Assembly (NCBI GenBank): GCA_964600695.1
Contig: CAZRKK010000001.1
Location: 168,647 to 232,646, forward strand
Length of the DNA: 64,000 nucleotides
Reading direction: 5' to 3'
Source: an uncultured Candidatus Saccharibacteria bacterium
Lineage (GTDB): Bacteria; Patescibacteriota; Doudnabacteria; UBA920
The stretch's first letter is position 1. Each line of letters begins with the position of its first letter. The translations under genes and the position numbers were made by a program. This document shows, in pieces, positions 20,185 to 30,030 of this stretch. The notes under the pieces are model-generated. The model ran no database searches. It was not told where the DNA came from and saw only the letters and a program-made list of their open reading frames with translations.

Positions 20185-21693
20185 TCATTGTGGTTTCTTA
20201 GTATGCCAATCAGTTGCCTCCTGATAAGCAACACCAACATTAAACACTTTCTGTTCACCCCATTGCGGGCCAATAATTTGTAGACCAACTGGCATTTCTG
20301 TCGCTCCACCATCACTTGGTTTTGCAAACCCACAAGGAATAGATAAGCCTGGTGTTCCAGCTAAACTTCCTGGAATGTTCAACTGGTCAGCAATATATCC
20401 AAATAACGGATCACTAGCTGCTTTACCTAATGGCAAAGCAACATTCGGAGAGCTCGGCGCAACTAACACATCAACCTGTTTAAAAACTTCTTCGAATTCA
20501 TTTAAAATTAAACGACGCACCTGCTGAGCTTTCTTGTAATACGCATCGTAATACCCAGCGGACAAAACATAAGTTCCGGTCATAATCCGACGCTTGGCTT
20601 CGTCACCAAAACCTTCGGCACGGGTTTTTGAATATACTTCAAACAAATCTTTACCCTCTTGTGTGGAGTGACCATAACGAATACCGTCATAGCGTGCTAG
20701 GTTGGAAGAAACTTCACTTGGACACACAATGGCGTAAACCAAAGAGCCATACTTTGTATTAGGTAAACTCACATCAACAATTTCTGCGCCTAACCCTCGC
20801 AACACCTCTACAGCTTCCATAACTCGAGCCCGCACCCCATCTTCCATGCCATCGACAAAATATTCTTTCGGCACACCGATCTTCAACCCTTTAATATCGC
20901 TTTTAAGTTCGCGACTATAAGCAGGAACTTCAACTGGTCCAGTTGTAGAATCTTTTTCATCCTGACCGCTAAGAACTTCGGCAATCATCGCTAGATCGCG
21001 AACACTACCAGCCATTGCACCCATACTATCCAAACTCGAAGCCATAGCAGCAACACCATAACGAGAAACACGACCATAAGTTGGCTTCCATCCCGACACA
21101 CCTGTCAAACTTGCTGGCTGACGAATACTACCACCTGTTTCTGTTGCCAACACCCAAGGTGAAAGACCGGCAGCCACACTTGCCGCACTACCACTACTAG
21201 AACCACCAGGCATACGAGAAGTATCCCAAGGATTACGAGTCGCACCATAAAAGCTTGTCTCGCCGCTAGAACCGTGAGCGAACTGATCCATATTAGTCTT
21301 GCCAATCATCACTGCGCGTTGCTCTTTAAGCTTAGCGATTACAGTAGCATCATATGGAGGAATATAGTTATCTAAAATTTTTGACGCCGCGGTTGTGCGA
21401 ATGCCTTTGGTTAAAAACAAATCTTTTGCTGCAAATGGAATTCCACACAAAGGTGGGTTAGAGCCTTCGCTGGCGATATACTCATCTGCCTCTTGCGCCT
21501 GACGCAATGCTTCGTCTTCGTCTACTGTGATAAAAGCATTTAATTTTGATTGGTCACCAACAGGAGACTGTTCGTTAATGCGTGCCAAAAAATATTTCGT
21601 CAGTTCGACCGACGAAACTTCTTTGTTGTCTAATTTTTGTCTCAATTCAGTAAGTGATAATTCTTCAAATTTCATAAAAATATTTTCCAGCAC
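20185..21693 (-). CDS. gatA: Asp/Glu-tRNA amidotransferase subunit A (amidase)
   Basis: An amidase signature (GGSSGGSAASVAAG) is present. The start may instead be the Met 6 codons in (MKFEELSL). Confidence 0.9.
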   Translation of the reverse strand: MLENIFMKFEELSLTELRQKLDNKEVSSVELTKYFLARINEQSPVGDQSKLNAFITVDEDEALRQAQEADEYIASEGSNPPLCGIPFAAKDLFLTKGIRTTAASKILDNYIPPYDATVIAKLKEQRAVMIGKTNMDQFAHGSSGETSFYGATRNPWDTSRMPGGSSSGSAASVAAGLSPWVLATETGGSIRQPASLTGVSGWKPTYGRVSRYGVAAMASSLDSMGAMAGSVRDLAMIAEVLSGQDEKDSTTGPVEVPAYSRELKSDIKGLKIGVPKEYFVDGMEDGVRARVMEAVEVLRGLGAEIVDVSLPNTKYGSLVYAIVCPSEVSSNLARYDGIRYGHSTQEGKDLFEVYSKTRAEGFGDEAKRRIMTGTYVLSAGYYDAYYKKAQQVRRLILNEFEEVFKQVDVLVAPSSPNVALPLGKAASDPLFGYIADQLNIPGSLAGTPGLSIPCGFAKPSDGGATEMPVGLQIIGPQWGEQKVFNVGVAYQEATDWHTKKPQ

Positions 21694-21974
21694 TATAATA
21701 TTGATTTAACCTTATAATATTTATCTTTACTTTGCGGTGCGTTAGACAGAATATTTTCTTGGTAATCAACCAGCTCAGCTTTATCTGGGCGTTCAACATT
21801 TTCTAAACCTGTCACACTAGCTACGATATCCAGCCCTTCGGTATCAACATTTTTAAGCTCTTCAACATAATCCAAAACAGACGAAAGATCTTTTTGGAAC
21901 TTCGCGACTTCTGCGTCAGTTAATTCAATTCGAGCCATTTCGGCTACTTTTTTAACTTCATCTTCTGTTAACAT
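21693..21974 (-). CDS. gatC: Asp/Glu-tRNA amidotransferase subunit C
   Basis: The 93-aa product MLTEDEVKKVAEMARIELTDAEVAKFQKDLSSVLDYVEEL is typical GatC. It is the first gene of gatCAB. Confidence 0.85.
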   Translation of the reverse strand: MLTEDEVKKVAEMARIELTDAEVAKFQKDLSSVLDYVEELKNVDTEGLDIVASVTGLENVERPDKAELVDYQENILSNAPQSKDKYYKVKSIL

Positions 21975-22078
21975 GGATTAATTATAATGAAACTTTGGCA
22001 AAAAGAAAAGCATCGCTTTGCCATAGATTTGCCTGTTTGATTTTGATATAATAGAGGAAATCATTAATTTATTAATTT

Positions 22079-22627
22079 ATGTGGATTTTCTTAGGCATTA
22101 TCGCCATTGTTGTAGTGGCAATTATCTTTGTATACAACGGATTAATTCGATCTAAAAATCGAGTTGATGAAGCTTGGAGCGACATTGAAGTTCAATTAAA
22201 ACGTCGCTATGACCTTATTCCTAACTTAGTAAACACTGTCAAAGGTTTTGCTGCTCAGGAATCTGGTGTTTTAGAGCGTGTTACCGAAGCTCGTACTCGT
22301 GCTATGGGTGCACAAACTCCAGAAGAAAGTGCAAAAGACGAAAACATGCTTTCCGGTACTCTAAAAAGCTTGTTCGCAGTTTCTGAAAACTATCCAGACT
22401 TAAAGAGCAATGCAAACTTTATGCAATTGCAAAGCGACCTTACCGACACAGAAAACAAGATCCAAGCATCTCGTCGTTTCTACAATGGTAACGTTCGTGA
22501 CTTCAATACTAAAGTTGAAGTATTCCCTACAAACTTATTCGCTTCCATGCTTGGCTTTAGCAAACGCGCCTTTTTCGACATTGATGACAATGGCCCAGAA
22601 GCACAGAATGTAGAAGTTAAGTTTTAA
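22079..22627 (+). CDS. lemA: LemA-family membrane protein
   Basis: An N-terminal TM helix is followed by NGLIRSKNRVDEAWSDIEVQLKRRYDLIPNLV, a LemA hallmark. Confidence 0.85.
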   Translation: MWIFLGIIAIVVVAIIFVYNGLIRSKNRVDEAWSDIEVQLKRRYDLIPNLVNTVKGFAAQESGVLERVTEARTRAMGAQTPEESAKDENMLSGTLKSLFAVSENYPDLKSNANFMQLQSDLTDTENKIQASRRFYNGNVRDFNTKVEVFPTNLFASMLGFSKRAFFDIDDNGPEAQNVEVKF

Positions 22628-22631
22628 ATGC

Positions 22632-23219
22632 ATGCCTAAACAATTTAAATACTCTCTAGCAGCAATCTTAATCTTGCTTGTTGCTGTTTTACTAGCAATA
22701 TACTGGAATAACAATAAAAAATTTGTTATTAATGATACCGATGTACAAAACTCCAAAGCCACATTACCGCCAGATAAGACGACAATCGAAAAGGCTACAG
22801 AAATAGGCACAGGTGATTATAGTAATCAAGATTTCGGCATTTCTTTTGACTATGATAATAATGTATATACAGCACCTAAAGCTGAGAGAGATGGTAACGG
22901 CCAAATTCAACTTAGAATGCAAGATGCAACATCGCCGACTCCGATGCCAGAAGCTCCCTTTGTATTAATTCGAAAAGTTCCAGGGTATCAAAACTATATT
23001 GACGAACAAGTTGCAGTACTAGAAAAAAACCAATACGTAAAAATTATCAATCGCAACAAAGTTGACGGCAATGACGCTGTTAAATACAGCGAAGATGGCA
23101 TGGGAGAACCAATCACAGTGATAATAAAGCACCCTCTCGGATTTCATTTACACATCACAGCAAACTTCCCAGGCACGGCTTTCGACAAACTCATCAAAAG
23201 CATTCAGATTCTAAAATAA
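22632..23219 (+). CDS. membrane-anchored hypothetical protein located between lemA and htpX
   Basis: It has a single N-terminal TM helix and no recognizable motifs. It is translationally coupled to lemA. Confidence 0.5.
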   Translation: MPKQFKYSLAAILILLVAVLLAIYWNNNKKFVINDTDVQNSKATLPPDKTTIEKATEIGTGDYSNQDFGISFDYDNNVYTAPKAERDGNGQIQLRMQDATSPTPMPEAPFVLIRKVPGYQNYIDEQVAVLEKNQYVKIINRNKVDGNDAVKYSEDGMGEPITVIIKHPLGFHLHITANFPGTAFDKLIKSIQILK

Positions 23220-23222
23220 CCA

Positions 23223-24140
23223 ATGCTCACCTACACCGAAATATCGAAAAACAAAACCTATTCGGTTTTGCTAATATTTGTTTTTTTGCTCGTAATCATC
23301 GGGTTAGGTTTTGTATTCTCCCAAGTCTACAATGCTCCGGAGTTTGTACTAATTGCAGTAGTGTTTAGTTCTGTATCGGCTTTTATTTCCTACTTCTTTT
23401 CTGACAAAATCACTTTGGCGATCTCTCATGCTAAAGAAATTGATTTAAAAACTCAACCACAACTCTATCAAGTAGTAGAAAATTTAACTATTGCCGCGGG
23501 TTTGCCAATGCCTAGAGTGTATATCATAGAAGACACTGCCATGAATGCTTTTGCCACGGGTCGCGATCCGAAGCATGCTGTGATCTGTGTTACTACCGGA
23601 TTACTATCACGGTTAGACCGTACTGAACTCGAAGGAGTATTAGCACATGAACTTTCACATATCGGCAATTACGACATTCGATTTATGACTCTAGTTGTTG
23701 TGATGGTTGGTGTAATCACTTTACTCGCCGACTGGATGGTTAGATTTTCTTTGTTTGGTGGTAAAAAACGTGACAGCAACGATGGAGGGAATGGAATATT
23801 TTTAATCATCGGAATTATCCTAGCAATTTTATCTCCAATTATTGCTACGCTAATTAAATTAGCTGTTTCTCGTCGCCGTGAATTTTTGGCAGATTCATCC
23901 GGAGCATTACTTACTCGTTATCCAGAAGGTTTAGCTTTAGCTCTAGAAAAAATTGCCGCAGATACCGAACCACTTGAAGCTGCCAACAAAGCCACAGCTC
24001 ATCTATATATAGCCAACCCTTTCAAATCTAATGCAAGAAGTGAAGATGGTAAAAGCTCTACTAGCTGGATAGCAAACTTATTTAATACCCACCCACCAAT
24101 TGAAGAACGTATCAAACGACTTCGCCAAATGGGATCTTAG
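23223..24140 (+). CDS. htpX: M48 zinc metalloprotease HtpX
   Basis: The HELSH (HExxH) motif sits between TM segments. The LemA-HtpX neighbourhood supports the call. Confidence 0.85.
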   Translation: MLTYTEISKNKTYSVLLIFVFLLVIIGLGFVFSQVYNAPEFVLIAVVFSSVSAFISYFFSDKITLAISHAKEIDLKTQPQLYQVVENLTIAAGLPMPRVYIIEDTAMNAFATGRDPKHAVICVTTGLLSRLDRTELEGVLAHELSHIGNYDIRFMTLVVVMVGVITLLADWMVRFSLFGGKKRDSNDGGNGIFLIIGIILAILSPIIATLIKLAVSRRREFLADSSGALLTRYPEGLALALEKIAADTEPLEAANKATAHLYIANPFKSNARSEDGKSSTSWIANLFNTHPPIEERIKRLRQMGS

Positions 24141-24165
24141 AAAGAATCTAATTAATTAGACCTTT

Positions 24166-24438
24166 ATGGGAACACTTAACGAACATGGCATGATTGGTTC
24201 TATAATGCATGCCGACGAAGATTTCAATCCTAATTTTAAAAACAAAGAAGAAGAAATAGCTTACCTCGAAGAAACTCTAAAAATCCGGTATCGTGAAGCA
24301 GACGAAGCCTTCAATCTAACAACCGAAAACCCGGAAGATATTACTCTATTAGATAAGGCTATGGAAGCGACCAAAAAAGCTTCCGATCTTGAGAATAAAA
24401 TCGCTGAGCTCAAAGGTTTAAAATCAGAAGAAGATTAA
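24166..24438 (+). CDS. small acidic hypothetical protein
   Basis: The 90-aa ORF is followed by a terminator. Confidence 0.4.
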   Translation: MGTLNEHGMIGSIMHADEDFNPNFKNKEEEIAYLEETLKIRYREADEAFNLTTENPEDITLLDKAMEATKKASDLENKIAELKGLKSEED

Positions 24439-24440
24439 AA

Positions 24441-24466
24441 ATACCCATTAAATTGGGTATTTTTAA
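24441..24466 (+). terminator. rho-independent terminator
   Basis: Hairpin atacccattaaattgggtat is followed by ttttt. Confidence 0.6.
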
Positions 24467-24467
24467 A

Positions 24468-24496
24468 TTGACAATACCTTACTTTTAAGGTATAAT
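24468..24496 (+). promoter_or_regulatory. perfect consensus sigma70 promoter TTGACA-N17-TATAAT
   Basis: ttgaca at 24468-73 is followed by a 17-nt spacer and tataat at 24491-96. An aggagg RBS lies at about 24534. Confidence 0.65.
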
Positions 24497-24549
24497 GTCT
24501 GAAGTTAGTCTTTAGTCAAGTTTTAAAGCATTTTAGGAGGAATTTATAG

Positions 24550-25104
24550 ATGCCAAAGCTTAAACCTGCAGAAATATGCTCGTTGGATTTTTTTGAGCCC
24601 GACGCCAGAGTTGTGCTCCCCACGCGAGGAGAAACCTCGTTGTCCCAGAAAATCATTAACGATTGTAATAAAGAAGCAATCAAATTTTCGGGATTCGAAG
24701 ACTTCTACATGCCATCGTACATGCAAGATGATGATCGCAATTTGGTTTTTCCAAAGAATGCAAAATGGAAGCTCCACATTGCAGGTCGTGATGTAGATGA
24801 TGAAATCCACACTTCCGTGCAACCTGCAAATGGTCTCAACCCCTGCCAAGCCGGTACATGTAACCTGTGTCGAATTGACGATGAGTTAACAAGTTTCGAA
24901 GATTATTTTCTTCGGAACGAGCTTTCGCAAATGATTCGCGAAGCTACAGGTCATACTCTCGTTTGGAACAGTGATGAACAGAAAGAACTGGCCCGTCTCG
25001 ATCGTATTCACGAAGAAGCTCGAATCGGCGATGAAGCCGAATTCTACCATGAACGATTAAGGGACGAAGGTTATTACGATAACCCGCCTATCATGTCTAA
25101 GTAA
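24550..25104 (+). CDS. hypothetical protein (184 aa) under a consensus promoter
   Basis: A strong promoter and RBS precede it. No recognizable domain was found. Confidence 0.5.
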   Translation: MPKLKPAEICSLDFFEPDARVVLPTRGETSLSQKIINDCNKEAIKFSGFEDFYMPSYMQDDDRNLVFPKNAKWKLHIAGRDVDDEIHTSVQPANGLNPCQAGTCNLCRIDDELTSFEDYFLRNELSQMIREATGHTLVWNSDEQKELARLDRIHEEARIGDEAEFYHERLRDEGYYDNPPIMSK

Positions 25105-25167
25105 TCAGACATACCGCGATAACGCACAACAAAATTGTGATGAGTCGCGGTTTTTATTTTGTTACTT

Positions 25168-25650
25168 TTATATTAACTTTGTAGCTGTATCCATACCAAA
25201 GCCGCGTGACATTAGTTTGCGCAAAACTTTTTGTTTCTCGTCATATTCTAACTTTTTGATTGCTTTTAAATCTGGGTATAATCTTTGTAAAAATCTCTTT
25301 GCAATTTCTAATTCATCAGACTCTGTTAGGAGCTCTGATAGTTTTTCTTCGATCAATTCTACTGGTAACTTCTTTTCGTACATCTTTTTCTTCATCATAA
25401 ACCTCCCCCAGCTTTTATAATTTTTCATGCTGTTAATAAATATCTCGGCATAGTTATCATCATCTAAATATTTATCTTGCAATAAACTGTTTATAACTTC
25501 CTTTACCACTTTTTGATCGTAACCCCGTTGCTTCATTTTTTCTTTTACCTCACCAACTGTGCGCATACTTAAATTGAGCAAGAATAAGGCATATTGATAG
25601 CCATGGTCATAATCAGAAGGGTCTTTTAATGCTCGTGCTTTTTTAAACAT
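25168..25650 (-). CDS. recX: RecX-like regulatory protein
   Basis: The 160-aa protein is all-helical. YALFLLNLSMRTVGEVKEKMKQRGY fits the RecX repeat pattern. Confidence 0.5.
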   Translation of the reverse strand: MFKKARALKDPSDYDHGYQYALFLLNLSMRTVGEVKEKMKQRGYDQKVVKEVINSLLQDKYLDDDNYAEIFINSMKNYKSWGRFMMKKKMYEKKLPVELIEEKLSELLTESDELEIAKRFLQRLYPDLKAIKKLEYDEKQKVLRKLMSRGFGMDTATKLI

Positions 25651-25746
25651 ATTTTAGAAATAATTAAGAAAAACTTTAACTCAAACACAACCTTTTACGT
25701 GTTACAATTTAAGTATTAATAACGTTATTATAGTAGCAAACTGTTC

Positions 25747-25775
25747 TTGACAATGCGACTAAAATAGCTTATAAA
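25747..25775 (+). promoter_or_regulatory. sigma70 promoter TTGACA-N17-TATAAA for clpC
   Basis: ttgaca at 25747-52 is followed by a 17-nt spacer and tataaa at 25770-75. Confidence 0.55.
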
Positions 25776-25779
25776 TAAA

Positions 25780-25806
25780 TTAGCAGTCTCCATTAAAGAG
25801 TGCTAA
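25780..25806 (+). promoter_or_regulatory. CIRCE-like inverted repeat (HrcA operator) TTAGCAGTC-N9-GAGTGCTAA
   Basis: It matches the consensus TTAGCACTC-N9-GAGTGCTAA at 17 of 18 positions with exact N9 spacing. It lies immediately downstream of the -10 element. Confidence 0.6.
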
Positions 25807-25864
25807 TATACTGTAACTAGCTTGTGGAATACAAGCCATAAACTAATTTAAAAATATCCTACTT

Positions 25865-28435
25865 ATGAACAACTTTGCCTTTATATTAGAAAGACTATCC
25901 AGTAGAGCCAAAAACGCCTTAATTGCGGCTCAAATGGTCTCTGAAGAACTCCATCACGATCACATCGGGACGGAGCATTTATTGTTCGGGGTTGTAGCAG
26001 AAAAGTCTAGCTTTGCTGGAGAAATCTTAACCAAAGCCAAACTTACCCCAGATCTGATCAAATTAGAATTGGAGTCAGTTAATCAGAATAACGAAATCAC
26101 TGTCTGGAAACCGGTATTATCAACCAATTTAAAAACCGCCATCGAAAAATCTGCCATCATCGCCAGTCAATATGGTTATCAATTTATTGGCACCGAGCAC
26201 TTTTTGTACGGGTTAATTACAACCGAACATAATAAAGCTCGTGTAATTCTTTCTAAACTAGGAGTTGATATTGGCGAACTCGAACACAACTTAATTACTG
26301 TCTTCGAAAATATTTCTAAATTCCCTGACATGCCTCAACAAGAAGGTAGTAACGCTAATCCAATGGGCGAACAAGGTGGTCACATGCATCAATCCCCTAT
26401 GCCTGGCGGTGGACCAGAAGCAAAGCGTGGCAACATGCTAGAGTACTTCGCAACAGACCTAACTAAAAAAGCTGCACAAGGTAATATCGATCCTGTAATC
26501 GGGCGTAAAAAAGAAATTGAACGTCTAATTAGCATTCTAGGTCGTCGCACTAAGAACAATCCTGTGCTTATCGGTGAAGCAGGAGTTGGTAAAACTGCAA
26601 TCGTCGAAGGTCTTGCTTTGGCAATCGCCAATCGTGAAGTTCCAGACAACCTACTTGATAAGAAAATTTTATCTTTGGATCTTGCTCTAGTAGTTGCTGG
26701 TTCGATGTTCCGTGGTGAATTCGAAAACCGACTTAAACAAATTATTGACGAAGTTAAAGCTAATCCAAACATCATCCTATTTATAGACGAACTTCACACC
26801 ATGATGGGTGCTGGCGCAACAACTGGTAGCTTAGACGCGGCCAACATTTTTAAACCTGCACTTGCTCGCGGTGAGTTAAGCACTATCGGTGCTACAACTT
26901 TAGCTGAATACAAAAAACATATCGAACACGACGCAGCCTTAGAACGACGCTTCCAACCAATTTTGGTAGAAGAGCCAACTAAAGAAGAATCTCTGGCTAT
27001 CCTAAAAGGAATCCGACCAAATTACGAAAAGCATCATAACGTTCATATTACCGACGAAGCTCTTCAAGCTGCAGTCGATCTTTCTGATCGATATATTCAA
27101 GATCACTTCTTACCAGACAAAGCCGTAGATTTAGTAGACGAAACAGCAGCTTTCTTACGAAGCATTCACAGTAATTCAAAGTTGGCTAAAACTAAACGCA
27201 AAGTAGAAATTGAACTAGAGCAATTAGAAGAAGAAAAAACGAAAGCAGTATTATCACAAGATTTTACTACTGCTCTACATTTACGTAGCCAAGAAGAGCG
27301 TTTACTAGCTCAAAAGAAAGAACTTGAAGCCATGGCCAAAGAAGACACAGGCCCAGTTTATTCAATTTCTGCCGAAGATATTGCTCATACTGTATCTTTG
27401 ATGACTAAAATTCCTTTGAAAAAGCTAGCTCAAAATGAAATCGGTAAACTTACTAACTTAGAAAAAGTATTAAAGACTAAAATCGTTGGTCAAGATGCAG
27501 CCATTACAGAGATCTCTAAAACTATTCGCCGTTCTCGAGCTGGGTTATCCGATCCAAAGCGCCCGATTGGTTCCTTCATGTTCTTAGGACCAACAGGTGT
27601 TGGTAAAACTGAAACTGCGAAGATGATTGCTCAAGAAGTATTCGAAGACGCAGATGCTCTAATTAGAGTTGATATGTCCGAGTTCATGGAACGTCACAAT
27701 GTTGCCCGTTTAATAGGTGCACCAGCAGGATATGTTGGATACGAAGAAGGTGGACGTTTAACCGAAGCAGTTCGACGTAAACCTTATGCGGTAGTCTTGT
27801 TTGATGAAATCGAAAAAGCTCACCCAGAAGTATTTAATATCTTATTGCAGATTTTAGAAGATGGGCAGTTAACTGACGCGCAAGGCAAGCGTGTTAATTT
27901 TGCTAACACAGTGATTATCATGACTTCTAATTTGGGTATGCAAGAACTGAACACTGCCGCAACAAAGATTGGCTTTGCAGACCGTGATGAAGCTAAGGAA
28001 ACCGAAAAAGTTAAGTTAGAAAATGAATACGAACGAATTAAAGCTGGTTTAGTAGAGAAACTCAAGAAGGAGCTCCGCCCAGAATTCTTGAACCGTATTG
28101 ATAAAATTATTATCTTCCACCCACTTGGTTTAGTTGATTTAAAAAAGATCACTCAGTTACAACTGAACGATCTCCAAAAACGCCTGGATATGCAAAAAAT
28201 TAGTTTTAAAACTACTCCAGCATTGATTAGATTAATTACCGAGAAAAGTTTTGACCCATTGCAAGGTGCAAGATATATTCGCAAGAGCATCCAAGATTTA
28301 ATTAGCGATCCTCTAGCCGAAGAAATTATCCAACAAAATCTACGCGAAGGCGCAACAATCACAGTTGGTGCTGAAGGAGATAAAGTCACCTTCAAAATCC
28401 AACAATCCAAAAAAGTTGCAGCGGTTCCAGTTTAA
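25865..28435 (+). CDS. clpC: ClpC-type AAA+ chaperone ATPase (Clp_N repeats, D1, short M-domain, D2 with an IGF loop)
   Basis: Two Walker A motifs (GEAGVGKTAI, GPTGVGKTETAK), a short coiled-coil middle domain and a KIGFADRD ClpP-docking loop are present. There is an insertion between the N-domain and D1. Confidence 0.8.
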   Translation: MNNFAFILERLSSRAKNALIAAQMVSEELHHDHIGTEHLLFGVVAEKSSFAGEILTKAKLTPDLIKLELESVNQNNEITVWKPVLSTNLKTAIEKSAIIASQYGYQFIGTEHFLYGLITTEHNKARVILSKLGVDIGELEHNLITVFENISKFPDMPQQEGSNANPMGEQGGHMHQSPMPGGGPEAKRGNMLEYFATDLTKKAAQGNIDPVIGRKKEIERLISILGRRTKNNPVLIGEAGVGKTAIVEGLALAIANREVPDNLLDKKILSLDLALVVAGSMFRGEFENRLKQIIDEVKANPNIILFIDELHTMMGAGATTGSLDAANIFKPALARGELSTIGATTLAEYKKHIEHDAALERRFQPILVEEPTKEESLAILKGIRPNYEKHHNVHITDEALQAAVDLSDRYIQDHFLPDKAVDLVDETAAFLRSIHSNSKLAKTKRKVEIELEQLEEEKTKAVLSQDFTTALHLRSQEERLLAQKKELEAMAKEDTGPVYSISAEDIAHTVSLMTKIPLKKLAQNEIGKLTNLEKVLKTKIVGQDAAITEISKTIRRSRAGLSDPKRPIGSFMFLGPTGVGKTETAKMIAQEVFEDADALIRVDMSEFMERHNVARLIGAPAGYVGYEEGGRLTEAVRRKPYAVVLFDEIEKAHPEVFNILLQILEDGQLTDAQGKRVNFANTVIIMTSNLGMQELNTAATKIGFADRDEAKETEKVKLENEYERIKAGLVEKLKKELRPEFLNRIDKIIIFHPLGLVDLKKITQLQLNDLQKRLDMQKISFKTTPALIRLITEKSFDPLQGARYIRKSIQDLISDPLAEEIIQQNLREGATITVGAEGDKVTFKIQQSKKVAAVPV

Positions 28436-28467
28436 CTAGAAAGCCTAAATCAAATTTAGAAATTATA

Positions 28468-28506
28468 AAAACCCTTTAACAGATCTACTCTGTAAAGGGT
28501 TTTTGT
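28468..28506. terminator. bidirectional terminator between convergent genes
   Basis: Hairpin aaccctttaacagatctactctgtaaagggtt carries a T-run on the plus side. Confidence 0.5.
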
Positions 28507-28902
28507 TTATACCTGAACTGATTCAATACCCAACCACTTAATTGGAAATTGAGGAGGACTGAGCATAACTTCGTTACCATCAGGGTCTACGAGGTATAAA
28601 CTACCTCTTTTGCTATCTCTCCAACCCATTTGGTCTTTCCAGCCATTAGCGATTAATTGACCAACGACAGTGCTGATCTCACCGCTAGTGAACTCCAACC
28701 TATGAGGATGACTGATTGGTTTATCAGTCCGCTCTGCTGTTAGAGGATAAAGCTCCATACCAAGCCGCTCACCAAGTTTTGCGTAATAATGCTCTGGGCC
28801 ATCACCATGCTTTTCTAGCTTAAATGTTAGCCCTAAAGATTCGTAAAACCCCTTCATTTCTAATAATTGCTTTGTATATAGAACAATAAGTGATAATTTC
28901 AT
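28507..28902 (-). CDS. VOC/glyoxalase-family protein
   Basis: MKLSLIVLYTKQLLEMKGFYESLGLTF...GMELYP...VDPDGNEVML matches the VOC fold pattern. The start is taken at the internal Met. Confidence 0.55.
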   Translation of the reverse strand: MKLSLIVLYTKQLLEMKGFYESLGLTFKLEKHGDGPEHYYAKLGERLGMELYPLTAERTDKPISHPHRLEFTSGEISTVVGQLIANGWKDQMGWRDSKRGSLYLVDPDGNEVMLSPPQFPIKWLGIESVQV

Positions 28903-29016
28903 AGATCCTCCAGATCTTGTTTTATGCCCAAAATATAGCACACATTTCGCAAAACTTGAATAAGTCTTAATCGAGCCTTGAACGGGCCTTGAACGCTAAT
29001 CATTTATACTTTAAAC

Positions 29017-29694
29017 ATGTTGAATAATATTTGGGACATCAGTTTCCCAAAACAATGTATCAATTGCAGTGCATGGAATTTATACATTTGCTTAAATTGC
29101 CAACAACAATTAAGAATGACTACCGAGCAAAGGTGTATTGTATGCCAATTACCAAGTCAGTATGGATTCACTCATGAATATTGTCAGACAAATGATTCAC
29201 CCGATCGACTGATAACAATTTTTGATTACCGAGATAAGTTAGTGAGTAAAATCATTAATACCACTAAACTTGCTTTGGTATCAGAACTAATCACAGAATT
29301 ATCGTTTACTGCAGTAAATAAAATTGAAGTAAAAAATGATAAGATTAATCATTTTGTACTATGCCCTATTCCTATGACAAGATTAAAAAAGCGTTTTCGA
29401 GGATTTAACCAAACTGAATTAATAGCCAAAGTTTTTGCTGATAAATTAGATTTACCGATTGATCCATTACTTGCAAAATCTAGATCAACAAAACAACAAA
29501 AGATTTTAAACAAAGAACAACGACAAAAAAATTTACACAGTAGTTTTAAAGTTTTGTATCCTGAATCGATGCCAAGGAATGTACTTCTAATTGATGATGT
29601 TTCCACAACTGGTTCAACTTTTATAGAAGCTGCAAAAACCCTAAAGGCTGCTGGAGTGAAAAATGTTTGGTGCTTAGCCTTGGCTCAAGACTAA
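29017..29694 (+). CDS. comF: ComF/GntX-family phosphoribosyltransferase-like competence protein
   Basis: An N-terminal double zinc ribbon (CINCSAW...CLNCQQ...CIVCQ) and a C-terminal PRTase motif (LLIDDVSTTGSTF) are present. Confidence 0.75.
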   Translation: MLNNIWDISFPKQCINCSAWNLYICLNCQQQLRMTTEQRCIVCQLPSQYGFTHEYCQTNDSPDRLITIFDYRDKLVSKIINTTKLALVSELITELSFTAVNKIEVKNDKINHFVLCPIPMTRLKKRFRGFNQTELIAKVFADKLDLPIDPLLAKSRSTKQQKILNKEQRQKNLHSSFKVLYPESMPRNVLLIDDVSTTGSTFIEAAKTLKAAGVKNVWCLALAQD

Positions 29695-29704
29695 TATCGG
29701 TTAA

Positions 29705-29733
29705 TTGACCAAACCATCTATTTTCGCTAGAAT
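29705..29733 (+). promoter_or_regulatory. sigma70 promoter TTGACC-N17-TAGAAT upstream of tRNA-Ser
   Basis: ttgacc at 29705-10 is followed by a 17-nt spacer and tagaat at 29728-33. Confidence 0.5.
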
Positions 29734-29785
29734 AGTAAAGATTCTACACAGGTAGATTGACCCAAAAACTAAATCGATTAAACAT

Positions 29786-29878
<93 letters not shown>

Positions 29879-30001
29879 AAAAGCAATCACACCGCCGCGA
29901 GGCAACAGTGGTTGTTTTTTGTTAATTTCACGCTCAATAATATGCTAAAATATAGCTAATTGTAGCAAATAGAGACCGATACATACCCAAAAAAGCTTAT
30001 C

Positions 30002-30029
30002 TGTAACAAAAGACCAGAGGGCACGTCTA
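30002..30029 (+). promoter_or_regulatory. candidate ECF-type promoter, -35 TGTAAC, N16, -10 CGTCTA, ending 1 nt before the start codon
   Basis: tgtaac at 30002-07 is followed by a 16-nt spacer and cgtcta at 30024-29, with the ATG at 30031. This is the ECF-like AAC-N16-CGTC architecture. Confidence 0.4.
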
Positions 30030-30030
30030 T

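Noticed and set aside
20184-20333. 50-aa N-terminal extension of the gatB ORF call
   Set aside because: The extension overlaps the 3-prime end of gatA in another frame. The conserved GatB N-terminus MELKGY begins at 20183.
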